Shown here in pieces: positions 45,852 through 54,212 of a stretch of 64,000 bases of DNA (positions are counted from its first letter, which is position 1; each line of letters starts with the position of its first letter). The position numbers and the translations under genes were made by a program. This DNA comes from Pseudomonadota bacterium (GTDB lineage Archaea > Thermoplasmatota > SW-10-69-26 > JACQPN01 > JAJPHT01). The notes under the pieces are model-generated. The model saw only the letters and a program-made list of their open reading frames with translations, had not been told where the DNA came from and ran no database searches. The stretch covers positions 1-64,000 of the forward strand of contig JAJPHT010000033.1 in assembly GCA_021325135.1 (NCBI GenBank), read 5' to 3'.

Positions 45852-47366
45852 GTGGCCAGCCCCACCCTCTCCGAGCGGGCCTTCGCCCAGCTCCTGGAAG
45901 CCGCCCCCGACGCCATGGTCATCGTGGACCACGGGGGGAGCATCGTGCTCGTCAACGCGCAGGCCGAGCGCCTATTCGGCCGCCCCCGCGAGCGGATGCT
46001 CGGCCAGCCCCTGGAGACGCTGCTGCCCCACCGTTTTCGCGGAGCGCACGCGGAGCATCGCGCCGGCTTCTTCGCCGACCCGCGCGTGAGGCCCATGGGC
46101 GCGGGGCTCGACCTCTGGGCGCTGCGCGAGGACGGCTCGGAGATCCCCGTGGAGATCAGCCTCTCGCCGCTTCGCACCGACGAGGGGACGCTCGTCACGG
46201 CGGCCATCCGTGACGTGTCGGAGCGGCGAGGCGCCGAGGCCAAGTTCCGCGGCCTGCTGGAGTCGGCGCCCGACGCCATGGTCATCGTGGACGCGGAGGG
46301 GCGCGTCGTGCTGGCCAACGCGCAGGTGGAGACGATGTTCGGCTGGCGCCGCGAGGACCTCCTGGGCCAGCCCGTGGAGGCGCTCATCCCCGAGCGCCTG
46401 CGCGGCCGGCACGTGGGGCACCGCGGCGCGTTCTTCGCCGCGCCGCGCGTGCGCCCCATGGGCGCCGGGCTGGAGCTCTACGGCCTGCGCCGCGACGGCT
46501 CCGAGTTCCCCGTGGAGATCAGCCTCTCGCCCCTGGAGACGCCGGAGGGCACGCTGGTCACGGCCGCCATCCGCGACGTCACGCAGCGGCGGCGCGTGGA
46601 GGAGGCGAACTCGCGCCTGGCCGCCATCGTCGCCGGCTCGCTGGACGGCATCGTGGGCAAGGACCTGGAGGGGCGCATCACAAGCTGGAACCCCGGCGCG
46701 GAGCGCCTCTTCGGCTACGCGGCGGAGGAGGTGCTGGGGAGGTCCGTCATGCTCCTCGTGCCCCCCGAGCGGCGCGAGGAGGAGCAGCGCATCATGGATC
46801 GCGTGGGCCGCGGCGAGGCCATCCACGAGCTGGTCGTCGAGCGCGTCCGCAAGGACGGCTCGCGCGTGCCCGTCGCGCTCACGGCGACGCCCATCCGCGA
46901 CGCCTCGGGGCGCGTCGTGGGCGTCGCGTCCATCAAGCACGACATCACGGAGCGCCTGCGCGCCGAGAAGGCCATGCGCGCCCAGACGCTCGCGCGCCCG
47001 CTGGTCGTGCGCATCATGGGCGCGCTCCTGGAGCGCGTGGCCACGCCGGGCCCCGTCGTCGCGCAGATCGGCCGCGACCTCGCGCGGGAGATCCGCCTCA
47101 CGACGCCCGAAGAGTACGCCGAGGCGTTCACGTCGCTGGGCCTGGGGCGGCTCGCGCTGGAGTCCATCTCCGGCAGCACGTACTCGTTCACGGGGGACGA
47201 CCTCCTGGGTCGCGTCGCCCGCTCCTCGCAGCCCACCTGCCACCTGGCGCTGGGCTTCCTCGAAGGCGCGGTGGCGATCATGCACGGCCGGCCCGCGCTG
47301 GGGGCCGAGGTCCGCTGCCAGTCGCAGGGGCACGAGCACTGCCGCTTCGTGGTGAAGCCGCGCTGA
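45852..47366 (+). CDS. Triple-PAS + V4R sensor protein
   Basis: Two [18 protein letters not shown] repeats, third [15 protein letters not shown]4[25 protein letters not shown]. Confidence 0.9.
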   Translation: MASPTLSERAFAQLLEAAPDAMVIVDHGGSIVLVNAQAERLFGRPRERMLGQPLETLLPHRFRGAHAEHRAGFFADPRVRPMGAGLDLWALREDGSEIPVEISLSPLRTDEGTLVTAAIRDVSERRGAEAKFRGLLESAPDAMVIVDAEGRVVLANAQVETMFGWRREDLLGQPVEALIPERLRGRHVGHRGAFFAAPRVRPMGAGLELYGLRRDGSEFPVEISLSPLETPEGTLVTAAIRDVTQRRRVEEANSRLAAIVAGSLDGIVGKDLEGRITSWNPGAERLFGYAAEEVLGRSVMLLVPPERREEEQRIMDRVGRGEAIHELVVERVRKDGSRVPVALTATPIRDASGRVVGVASIKHDITERLRAEKAMRAQTLARPLVVRIMGALLERVATPGPVVAQIGRDLAREIRLTTPEEYAEAFTSLGLGRLALESISGSTYSFTGDDLLGRVARSSQPTCHLALGFLEGAVAIMHGRPALGAEVRCQSQGHEHCRFVVKPR

Positions 47367-47369
47367 GCC

Positions 47370-47618
47370 TCACATGCGCGGCATGGGCCGGCGCGCGGAG
47401 GAGCGCCAGCCGCCGCGCGTGCGGGGCCGCAGGAAGAAGAGCGCGAAGAGGAGCGCCCACGTGGCAAGCTGCCACAGGACGAGGGGGACGACCACCTCGG
47501 GCGGGAGCGGCAGGTGTCGAAGGACGGGCGGCACGTAGCTTCCAGCCAACGCGCCCAGGACGACGAGGCCCGCGCCCAGGACGAGGAAGAAAGAGCCCAC
47601 GACGGGATGGGAGCGCAC
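47370..47618 (-). CDS. Small 2-TM hypothetical protein
   Basis: Two hydrophobic helices; downstream of rfcL. Confidence 0.55.
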   Translation of the reverse strand: MRSHPVVGSFFLVLGAGLVVLGALAGSYVPPVLRHLPLPPEVVVPLVLWQLATWALLFALFFLRPRTRGGWRSSARRPMPRM

Positions 47619-47657
47619 GGCCCCCTCTCCAGCCGACAGAGGGAACTCGCTTCTGGT

Positions 47658-49193
47658 TCAGAAATCGCTGAGGCTCCTCTGCCGCTTGCCTGCTTCCTTG
47701 GGCGCCTCCTTCGCGGCGGCCTTCGCGGGCGCCGCGGGCTTCGGGGGCTCCTCGTCCTCGTCGGCCGCGGCGGCGGGGGGCGCGGCGGAGTCGTCCTCCT
47801 CGTCCTCCACGGGCGCGGCGTCCTCGTCCTCGGACCCCGCGAAGCGCGAGAAGGCGGCGGAGCCCTGCAGGATGCGCACGGGCACGCTGAACTTCTTGGG
47901 CGCCTCCTCCAGGATGCGCTTCACGCGCGGGCTCGTCGCCTTGTCCTCCAGGAGATAGGCCAGCTCCTCGGCGGTCAGCTCCAGGCGCCACGCGGCCCAC
48001 GTGGCGAACGCCTCGTCCTGCATGAGCGCCTTGAGGTAGGGGAGCTGGTCCGCGAGGACGCGGTGCGGGCTCGTGTGGATGGCGGCGCCGATCTTCGTCG
48101 CGACGCCGTCGCGCAGCGCGCGCGCCGCCTTGCTGGCGCTCTGCTTGGAGAGCCAGCGCGGGAACGCGGGGCGCGCGCCGGCGGGGCGCTGGTGCTTCGC
48201 CGCCGCGACGCCGCTGGTCATCAATTCGCCCGCGTAGCTCCACATGCCGTAGTCCTGCCGCCGCTGGCGCCGGCCCAGGAACACGTCCGCCTTGGAGAGC
48301 GCCTTGTAGCCATCCGCCAGGTCGGCCTTGTCCAGGTAGAAGAGGGGGAGGTTCTCGTCGATCCAGAGGGCCAGCTCCTCCGGCGTGAGGTCCAGGTCCC
48401 ACGAGCCCTTGCGCGCCTCGGCCGCGTCCTTGGCGAAGAACACGCTGGGGATGTACCCCCAGATGTCGCCCGACGTGTCGCGCTTGCCCATGGCCTTGAC
48501 GGCCTCCAGCGTCACCTCGGAGCGCCCCATGGCGAGCGCCTGGAGGTCGCGCACCGCGGCGCGGATGTCGCCCCCCGCGTTCTCGGCGAGCGCCTTGTCG
48601 ACGCCCTCCTCCAGGTGGATGCCCTCCTTGGCCGCGATGCCGCGCAGGGCCTTGGGGATGCTCGTGGAGGGGCGCGTGAACTTCACCGTGCGGCAGAGCG
48701 TCTTCAACGACGAGCCGCGGCGCGTCAATTCGTAGTAGTCGTTGCAGATGAGGATGACCGGCTGCTTCGCCTCGCGCAGCGTCTCCGTGATGGCCTTCAT
48801 GCCGCCGCGGTCGGCGTTGCCGAAGAGGTTGTCCGCCTCGTCGAGGATGACCACCTGCCGGCCGCCCGCCTTGGCGTTGAACGTGCCGTCGGCGCCGAAG
48901 GCGCGGTTGGTGGCGCCCGTGCCGGCGATGCGCTTGATGACCTCCTCGTTCCTCGTGTCGGAGGCGTTGAGCTCGATGACGCCCCACCCCATGTCGTGGG
49001 CAAGCGCGTGCGCGGCGCTGGTCTTCCCGATGCCCGGCTCGCCCGCGAGGATGAGGCCGCGCTCCTCGGGCGCGCCCTTGGCCCACAGGCCGGCCCACTC
49101 CTTCATCGCCGCGACGGCGGGGCCGTTGCCCACGATCTCGTCCAGCGTCTTGGGGCGGTGCTTCTCCGTCCAGTCAAGCACGGCCGCGCTCAC
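47658..49193 (-). CDS. rfcL: Replication factor C large subunit
   Basis: DWTEKHRPK, GEPGIGKT, IELNASD, DEAD, WIDENLP, C-terminal PIP box QRSLSDF. Confidence 0.95.
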   Translation of the reverse strand: MSAAVLDWTEKHRPKTLDEIVGNGPAVAAMKEWAGLWAKGAPEERGLILAGEPGIGKTSAAHALAHDMGWGVIELNASDTRNEEVIKRIAGTGATNRAFGADGTFNAKAGGRQVVILDEADNLFGNADRGGMKAITETLREAKQPVILICNDYYELTRRGSSLKTLCRTVKFTRPSTSIPKALRGIAAKEGIHLEEGVDKALAENAGGDIRAAVRDLQALAMGRSEVTLEAVKAMGKRDTSGDIWGYIPSVFFAKDAAEARKGSWDLDLTPEELALWIDENLPLFYLDKADLADGYKALSKADVFLGRRQRRQDYGMWSYAGELMTSGVAAAKHQRPAGARPAFPRWLSKQSASKAARALRDGVATKIGAAIHTSPHRVLADQLPYLKALMQDEAFATWAAWRLELTAEELAYLLEDKATSPRVKRILEEAPKKFSVPVRILQGSAAFSRFAGSEDEDAAPVEDEEDDSAAPPAAAADEDEEPPKPAAPAKAAAKEAPKEAGKRQRSLSDF

Positions 49194-49267
49194 GGACCGC
49201 GCAGGCCGCTCCTCGGGGAAAAAGGTGCGCCGCCTGCGGGGGGCCTTGATCGTGGGCTTTCCTTCTC

Positions 49268-49324
49268 TTCGTCGCGTCCAGTGGTGACGGAGGAGGAGCA
49301 AGTGGTGACGGAGGAGGAGCAAGT
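49268..49324. repeat. Family A end fragment with a 21-bp tandem duplication
   Basis: TCGTCGCGTCCAGTGGTGACG, then AGTGGTGACGGAGGAGGAGCA twice (49280-49321). Confidence 0.8.
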
Positions 49325-50052
49325 CAAGGTGCCTGCGGCGGAAGGCGCCATGGAGAGGGGGGCCCGCGCTCGTCCAGGTGGCGGATGCGCCGGAGCAGGC
49401 GCGCGACAGCGTAGAGGGCGAGGACCATGGCCAGCGCCACCGACCAGGCCGCGTCGATGCCCGCGACGGCGTTGTAGAGCGCGTGCAGCCCGATGGCCGC
49501 GACGAGGCCGCCCAGCCACGAGCCCTGCACGGTGTGGAAGCGCGACGCCCAGATGCCGTACCCGCTGAGGGCCGTGGCCGCCGCGTGGATGCCCACGGTG
49601 GCGACGCTGCGGTAGAGCGCGGTGGCCAGGGCGAGGTCCCGCCCGCCCAGGAGGAACGCGCCGCCCACGTAGAACAGGTTCTCCACCGCCGCGAAGCCCA
49701 GGCCCGCCGCGGCGCCGTAGACGAGGCCGTCCTCGGGCTCGGGGTCCGCGTCGCGGATGGTCAGGAGGCCCATGGCCTTGGCGGACTCCTCGACGATGGG
49801 CGCGACGACGACGGAGAGGAGCGACACCTCGCCCACGAGGGTCGGGTCCGCGCCGAGGCTTCCGGCCAGCCACTCCTCGACGAGGATGGAGAGGGTCGCC
49901 GCGCCGATGGCGCCCCAGAGGAAGGCCTTGACGATGGCGCGCCACGGCTCGCGGCGCGAGCGCTCCGCGTTGCGGATGCGGACGGCCAGAAGGAGGGGCG
50001 GAATGAAGGAGACGGCGAGGAGGAGCGCGACCAGGACGAAGGCCTGGGCCAC
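49324..50052 (-). CDS. PrsW-family intramembrane glutamic metalloprotease
   Basis: REPW, APIVEESAK, GLGFAAVEN, HA and HALYN motifs. Confidence 0.9.
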   Translation of the reverse strand: MAQAFVLVALLLAVSFIPPLLLAVRIRNAERSRREPWRAIVKAFLWGAIGAATLSILVEEWLAGSLGADPTLVGEVSLLSVVVAPIVEESAKAMGLLTIRDADPEPEDGLVYGAAAGLGFAAVENLFYVGGAFLLGGRDLALATALYRSVATVGIHAAATALSGYGIWASRFHTVQGSWLGGLVAAIGLHALYNAVAGIDAAWSVALAMVLALYAVARLLRRIRHLDERGPPSPWRLPPQAP

Positions 50053-50059
50053 GGGCGCC

Positions 50060-50245
50060 TCACGCGGCCTTGGGCTGGGCGAGGCTCACCAGCGTCCCCA
50101 CGAGGCCGAAGCCGATGAGGGTCACGCCGACGGCGTAGACGCCCACGTCGGTCCAGTTGGAGTGGGTCGCGCCCTGCCAGACCCAGAAGATCACGCCGAG
50201 GGCCAGGAGGATGAGGGAGAGGACCGTCCAACGGTTGAACGCCAT
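50060..50245 (-). CDS. Small 2-TM membrane protein
   Basis: 61 aa, WTDVGVYAV between two helices; TTAATTA box upstream. Confidence 0.75.
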   Translation of the reverse strand: MAFNRWTVLSLILLALGVIFWVWQGATHSNWTDVGVYAVGVTLIGFGLVGTLVSLAQPKAA

Positions 50246-50305
50246 GGGAGTCGGCGGGGACTTCCGTTGGACCTAATTAAGGATTTCCCCGCCGGAGGGA
50301 GCCCC

Positions 50306-51019
50306 TCACGCGATGCCCAGGCACGAGGGCTCGCCCGCGCCGAGGCCCCACGGGGAGGGCATGGAGCAGGAGGGGTCGCTGGCGGGGCCCTCGCCGACGC
50401 CGGTCACGGCGCTCACGGCGTAGCGGTGGTCCGAGAGGGGCGTGAGGCCGTGGTCGGTCCACGAGGTGGCCGCGCCGTCGAGGGTCGCGACAAGCGCGCC
50501 GTCGCGGTACACGTCGAACGAGACGACGGGCATGCCGCCGTCGTTGGCGGGCGCGGACCACGAGAGGGCCACGTCGCCCACGCTGCCCGCGGGGCCCGGC
50601 GCGGCCTGCACGTCCTGGGGCGCGGAGGGGAGCGAGAAGGTGGTCGCGCTGGCGGGGTCGCTGGCGGGGCCCTCGCCGGTGGGGTCCGTGGCGGTCACGA
50701 CGTAGGTGAAGGTGGCGCCGTTGGGAAGGCCCGCGTCGGCGAACGAGAGGGTCGACGCGTTGGTCTGGCCCGCGGGGGAGAGGGTCCCGTCGGGGGCCAC
50801 GCGGTAGACCGAGTAGGAGGTGACGCCCAGGAGGCTCGTGGCGGGGCCCCAGGAGAGCGTGATCTCGCCCGCGCCGGGGCCCGCGGAGGCGGCGAGGCCC
50901 TGGGGCGCGCCGGGGCCCACGGGCGAGGGCGCGGCGGCCCACGCGAGGGGCGCCAGGAGGGAGACGGAGAGCGCGGCGACGAGGAGGGAGCGCTTGGAGA
51001 GGGGGTTTCGGGGGAGCAT
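50306..51019 (-). CDS. Secreted protein with two FN3 domains
   Basis: Signal peptide; LSW..YSVYR..GEGPAS twice; similar to the S53 FN3 modules. Confidence 0.85.
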   Translation of the reverse strand: MLPRNPLSKRSLLVAALSVSLLAPLAWAAAPSPVGPGAPQGLAASAGPGAGEITLSWGPATSLLGVTSYSVYRVAPDGTLSPAGQTNASTLSFADAGLPNGATFTYVVTATDPTGEGPASDPASATTFSLPSAPQDVQAAPGPAGSVGDVALSWSAPANDGGMPVVSFDVYRDGALVATLDGAATSWTDHGLTPLSDHRYAVSAVTGVGEGPASDPSCSMPSPWGLGAGEPSCLGIA

Positions 51020-51181
51020 TGCTATCAGCCCGCGTTGGGCAAGCCCTCGCGCCGCCTTCCGGGGGCATGCCTTGATCGGCCGGCTCCCTGGATCGTCCGG
51101 CTTCCGCAGGCCGCCAACGGGCCTGCTCCTCCCCGCGTGCAAGGCTTTTCAAGGAGGGGCCGCATCCCCGCCCGAAGCCCC

Positions 51182-52612
51182 GTGCCCGGTCCCAAGCGCT
51201 TCTCCGACATGCCGCTCTCCGCCGACGTGCTCGACGCGCTGGCCGCCATGGGCTTCGAGGAGCCGACGCGCATCCAGCGCGAGAGCATCCCGGTGGCGCT
51301 GGCCGGGCGCGACCTCATCGGCCAGGCGCAGACGGGCACGGGCAAGACCGCCGCCTTCGGCATCCCCATGGTCGAGAAGTGCGACCCGGCGCTGAAGAAG
51401 GTCCAGGCGCTCATCCTCGTGCCCACGCGCGAATTGGCCGAGCAGGTCGCGGGCGAGATCAACGAGATCGGCCAGTTCAAGGCGATCCACGCGGTGCCCG
51501 TCTACGGCGGCGCGTCGTTCACGCCGCAAATCCGGGCCTTCAAGGAGGGCACCGCCATCGTGGTGGGCACGCCCGGCCGCGTCATGGACCACATGCGCCG
51601 CGGCAACCTGCGCCTGGACGCCGTGAAGCTGTTCTGCCTCGACGAGGCGGACCGCATGCTGGACATGGGCTTCATCGAGGACATCCAGTGGGTCATGGAG
51701 CGGCTCCCCCCGCGCGTGCAGGTGCAGCTCTTCAGCGCCACCATGCCCACCGCCATCGTGAACCTCACCGAGACGTTCATGCGCAACCCGCAGACCATCG
51801 TGGTCAGCGAGGACAAGCTCACCGTGGACTCGGTGGAGCAGGTCTACTACACCGTGGGCTACCGCAACAAGCTCTGGGCCCTCTACCGCGTGCTGGAGGC
51901 CGAGCGTCCCGAATTGGCGTTCGTCTTCTGCCGCACCAAGTTCGAGTGCGACAAGGTCGTGCACCAGCTCAAGGCCCACGGCTTCCGGGCCGAGGCGCTC
52001 CACGGCGACATGGCGCAGAAGGCGCGCAACAAGGTGCTGGACGCCGCGCGCGACGGCAAGGTGCGCATCGTCGTCGCCACCGACGTGCTCGCCCGCGGCA
52101 TCGACGTCTCCCACTGCTCCCACGTCATCAACTACGACATCCCCGAGGACCCCGAGTGGTACGTCCATCGCATCGGCCGCACGGGGCGCATGGGGAAGCT
52201 GGGCAAGGCCATCACGTTCGTCACGCGCGAGGAGGGCCGCGCCCTGCTCGACCTGGGCGACATCGCGGGCGGCGACCTGCGCCTGGAGGACGTGCCCGAG
52301 ATCGAGGAGCGCGACCGCGTCAAGAAGGTCCTCGACTGGAAGGAATTGTCCGACAACACGGGCATGGTCAAGTTCGAGCTTGACGTCGGCAAGGACTCCG
52401 GCCTCAAGATGGTCGAGATCTTCAAGGCCGTCAACAAGGCGTGCGGCTTCGACGAGAGCACGCTGGGCCAGGTCAAGATGCACGAGGCCCACACGACCTT
52501 GGAGGTCCCCTGGCAGGTCGCGGGCCGCTTCTGGGGCCGCTTCGAGAAGGGCAAGCTCCTCGACCGCGACGTGCGCGGGCAGGTCGTCGCGCTCAAGAAG
52601 CCGACGGGCTGA
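51182..52612 (+). CDS. DEAD-box RNA helicase with C-terminal DbpA-like RNA-binding domain
   Basis: Q motif, AQTGTGKT, PTRELA, DEAD, SAT, ARGID, HRIGRTGR. Confidence 0.95.
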   Translation: MPGPKRFSDMPLSADVLDALAAMGFEEPTRIQRESIPVALAGRDLIGQAQTGTGKTAAFGIPMVEKCDPALKKVQALILVPTRELAEQVAGEINEIGQFKAIHAVPVYGGASFTPQIRAFKEGTAIVVGTPGRVMDHMRRGNLRLDAVKLFCLDEADRMLDMGFIEDIQWVMERLPPRVQVQLFSATMPTAIVNLTETFMRNPQTIVVSEDKLTVDSVEQVYYTVGYRNKLWALYRVLEAERPELAFVFCRTKFECDKVVHQLKAHGFRAEALHGDMAQKARNKVLDAARDGKVRIVVATDVLARGIDVSHCSHVINYDIPEDPEWYVHRIGRTGRMGKLGKAITFVTREEGRALLDLGDIAGGDLRLEDVPEIEERDRVKKVLDWKELSDNTGMVKFELDVGKDSGLKMVEIFKAVNKACGFDESTLGQVKMHEAHTTLEVPWQVAGRFWGRFEKGKLLDRDVRGQVVALKKPTG

Positions 52613-52654
52613 CGAGGTTGGCCCGCCAGAACCCGCGTGGCCTCGGACCTGCCG

Positions 52655-52720
52655 CGCGTCACGTCTTGAAGCGACGGTTGGGAATCGTCGCGTCGTGGCG
52701 TCGTCGCGTCCAGTGGTGAC
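52655..52720. repeat. Intergenic repeat family A copy (reverse orientation, one arm largely deleted)
   Basis: CACGTCTTGA...TCGTCGCGTCGTGGCGTCGTCGCGTCCAGTGGTGAC matches both ends of copy 1. Confidence 0.8.
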
Positions 52721-52778
52721 CGACCGATACAGCCTCATCGAGCGCCGCCCCCGGAGCAAGGGCCCCGCAGAAGGAGCG

Positions 52779-53528
52779 CTACGAGAACATGGGCACGCCC
52801 GGCGCCTGCTGCTGATATCGTTCCCGCATCTGGCGCGCCTGCGCCTCGATCTCCTCCGCGGCGCGGGCGAGCTTGCCGGGCTCCAGGTCGAGGGTGGGGA
52901 GCGCGGGGCCCAGCGCGCGCACGATGGCCGCCGCGCCGCGGGCGTCGGGGATCTGGGGGCGCACCTCGCCCAGGATGCCCACGGTGTCGAGGCCCTCCCG
53001 CGCGCCGGCCTCCAGGAGCGCCGCGGTGAAGCCGACGACCGTGCCCGTCTCCAGGGGCGCCACGCCGATCTCGCCGAGGAACGCGAGCGCCGCGTCGCTG
53101 CTGGCCACGCCGCGCGTCGCGCGAGCCTCCGTCTCGGCGAAGGTGGGCGCGCCGTCGGGCACGACGAGCATGCGCGTGTCGCGCTCGCGGGCCCAGCGCG
53201 CGACGGCCTCCGCGAAGCGGCGCTGGAGCGGCGGTGGCGGGGGGAACTCGCACGCCAGCACGAGGAGGCGCGAGCACGCGATCCCCGCGCCGCAGGAGGC
53301 CGCGAGGGCGTGGAGGCGCACCGCCGGCACGGGGCGCCCCGCGCGCACGGGCATGAGGAGGGGGAAGGCCGGCGACTCGACGCGCCCCGCGAGGGGCATC
53401 GCGAGGGCGTTGACGAGGTGCTGCGCGACGATGGCGCCTGCGAGGCCCAGGGTGGGGCTGCCGACGACGAGCAGGCCCTCGTCCAGCGGGGCGCGGCCCT
53501 CGACGTGGAAGGCGATCTCGATGGCCAC
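52779..53528 (-). CDS. PAC2-family proteasome assembly chaperone
   Basis: GSPTLGLAGAIVAQHL, PAVRLH, GFTAALL, PDARGAA. Confidence 0.85.
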   Translation of the reverse strand: MAIEIAFHVEGRAPLDEGLLVVGSPTLGLAGAIVAQHLVNALAMPLAGRVESPAFPLLMPVRAGRPVPAVRLHALAASCGAGIACSRLLVLACEFPPPPPLQRRFAEAVARWARERDTRMLVVPDGAPTFAETEARATRGVASSDAALAFLGEIGVAPLETGTVVGFTAALLEAGAREGLDTVGILGEVRPQIPDARGAAAIVRALGPALPTLDLEPGKLARAAEEIEAQARQMRERYQQQAPGVPMFS

Positions 53529-53572
53529 GCGCGGACGTGGCGTCTCCAAGGCTTGAACCGCGCGTGCGGCGG

Positions 53573-54187
53573 TCAGCGGCGCTGCAGGCGCCACCGGTGG
53601 CTGGTGGCCTTCTTGCCGTAGCGGCGCTCGCCGGCGCCCTCCTCGGCGGCGCGGGCGCGGGCGGCGACCTGCTTGCGCTCGGCGTCCAGCTCGTCGGCGG
53701 CCTCCGTGAGCGCGCTGCGGACGCCCAGGTCGCGGCTTTCGCGGGCGCGGCGCCGCACGCGGATGGCCTCCTTGCGCAGGCGCTCCTCCTCCAGGCGCAG
53801 GTCGCGCAGGAGCGTCACCTCCTCGGGCTCGCCCCGCTCCTTGAACGGCTCGTACTCGGCGCGGCGGCCCAGGAGGGGGAACGCGCCGCGCAGCAGGGCG
53901 ACGACGAAGAGCGCCGCGCAGAGGGACCCCAGGACGATCTCCAGCACGGGCGCGCCCGTCTGGCTGCCCTGGAACCAGCCGCGGCCGCCGACACCTCCGG
54001 GCAGGAGGCCCAGCACGGTGCCCACGACGATGAGGATGGCCACGCTGGCGACCACCGAGAGCGCGGGGAGCGCCACGGCGTGGAAGGGGCCGAAGTAGCG
54101 GCGGCCGGGGAAGAGGGCGGAGAGGAGCAGGAAACCGGGGGCCAGGAAGAGGAGCACGACGCCCCCCACGATGGTCAGCGGGTTCAC
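53573..54187 (-). CDS. Membrane protein (DUF1616-like N-terminus) with coiled-coil tail
   Basis: FLAPGFLL..ALFP, LSVVAS; charged helical C-terminus. Confidence 0.7.
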   Translation of the reverse strand: MNPLTIVGGVVLLFLAPGFLLLSALFPGRRYFGPFHAVALPALSVVASVAILIVVGTVLGLLPGGVGGRGWFQGSQTGAPVLEIVLGSLCAALFVVALLRGAFPLLGRRAEYEPFKERGEPEEVTLLRDLRLEEERLRKEAIRVRRRARESRDLGVRSALTEAADELDAERKQVAARARAAEEGAGERRYGKKATSHRWRLQRR

Positions 54188-54212
54188 ACGCGCCCAACCC
54201 CGCAGCGGTATA

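Noticed and set aside
49194-49322. LLLRHH-repeat N-terminus on RFC large subunit
   Set aside because: It is a translation of the intergenic 21-bp tandem repeat; RFC homology begins near DWTEKHRP.
50306-50380. FN3 protein tail (PSC...EPSCLGIA) as a third SPGCKPAC-type motif
   Set aside because: Only CLG is shared, the Cys spacing differs, and the gene is 20 kb away.
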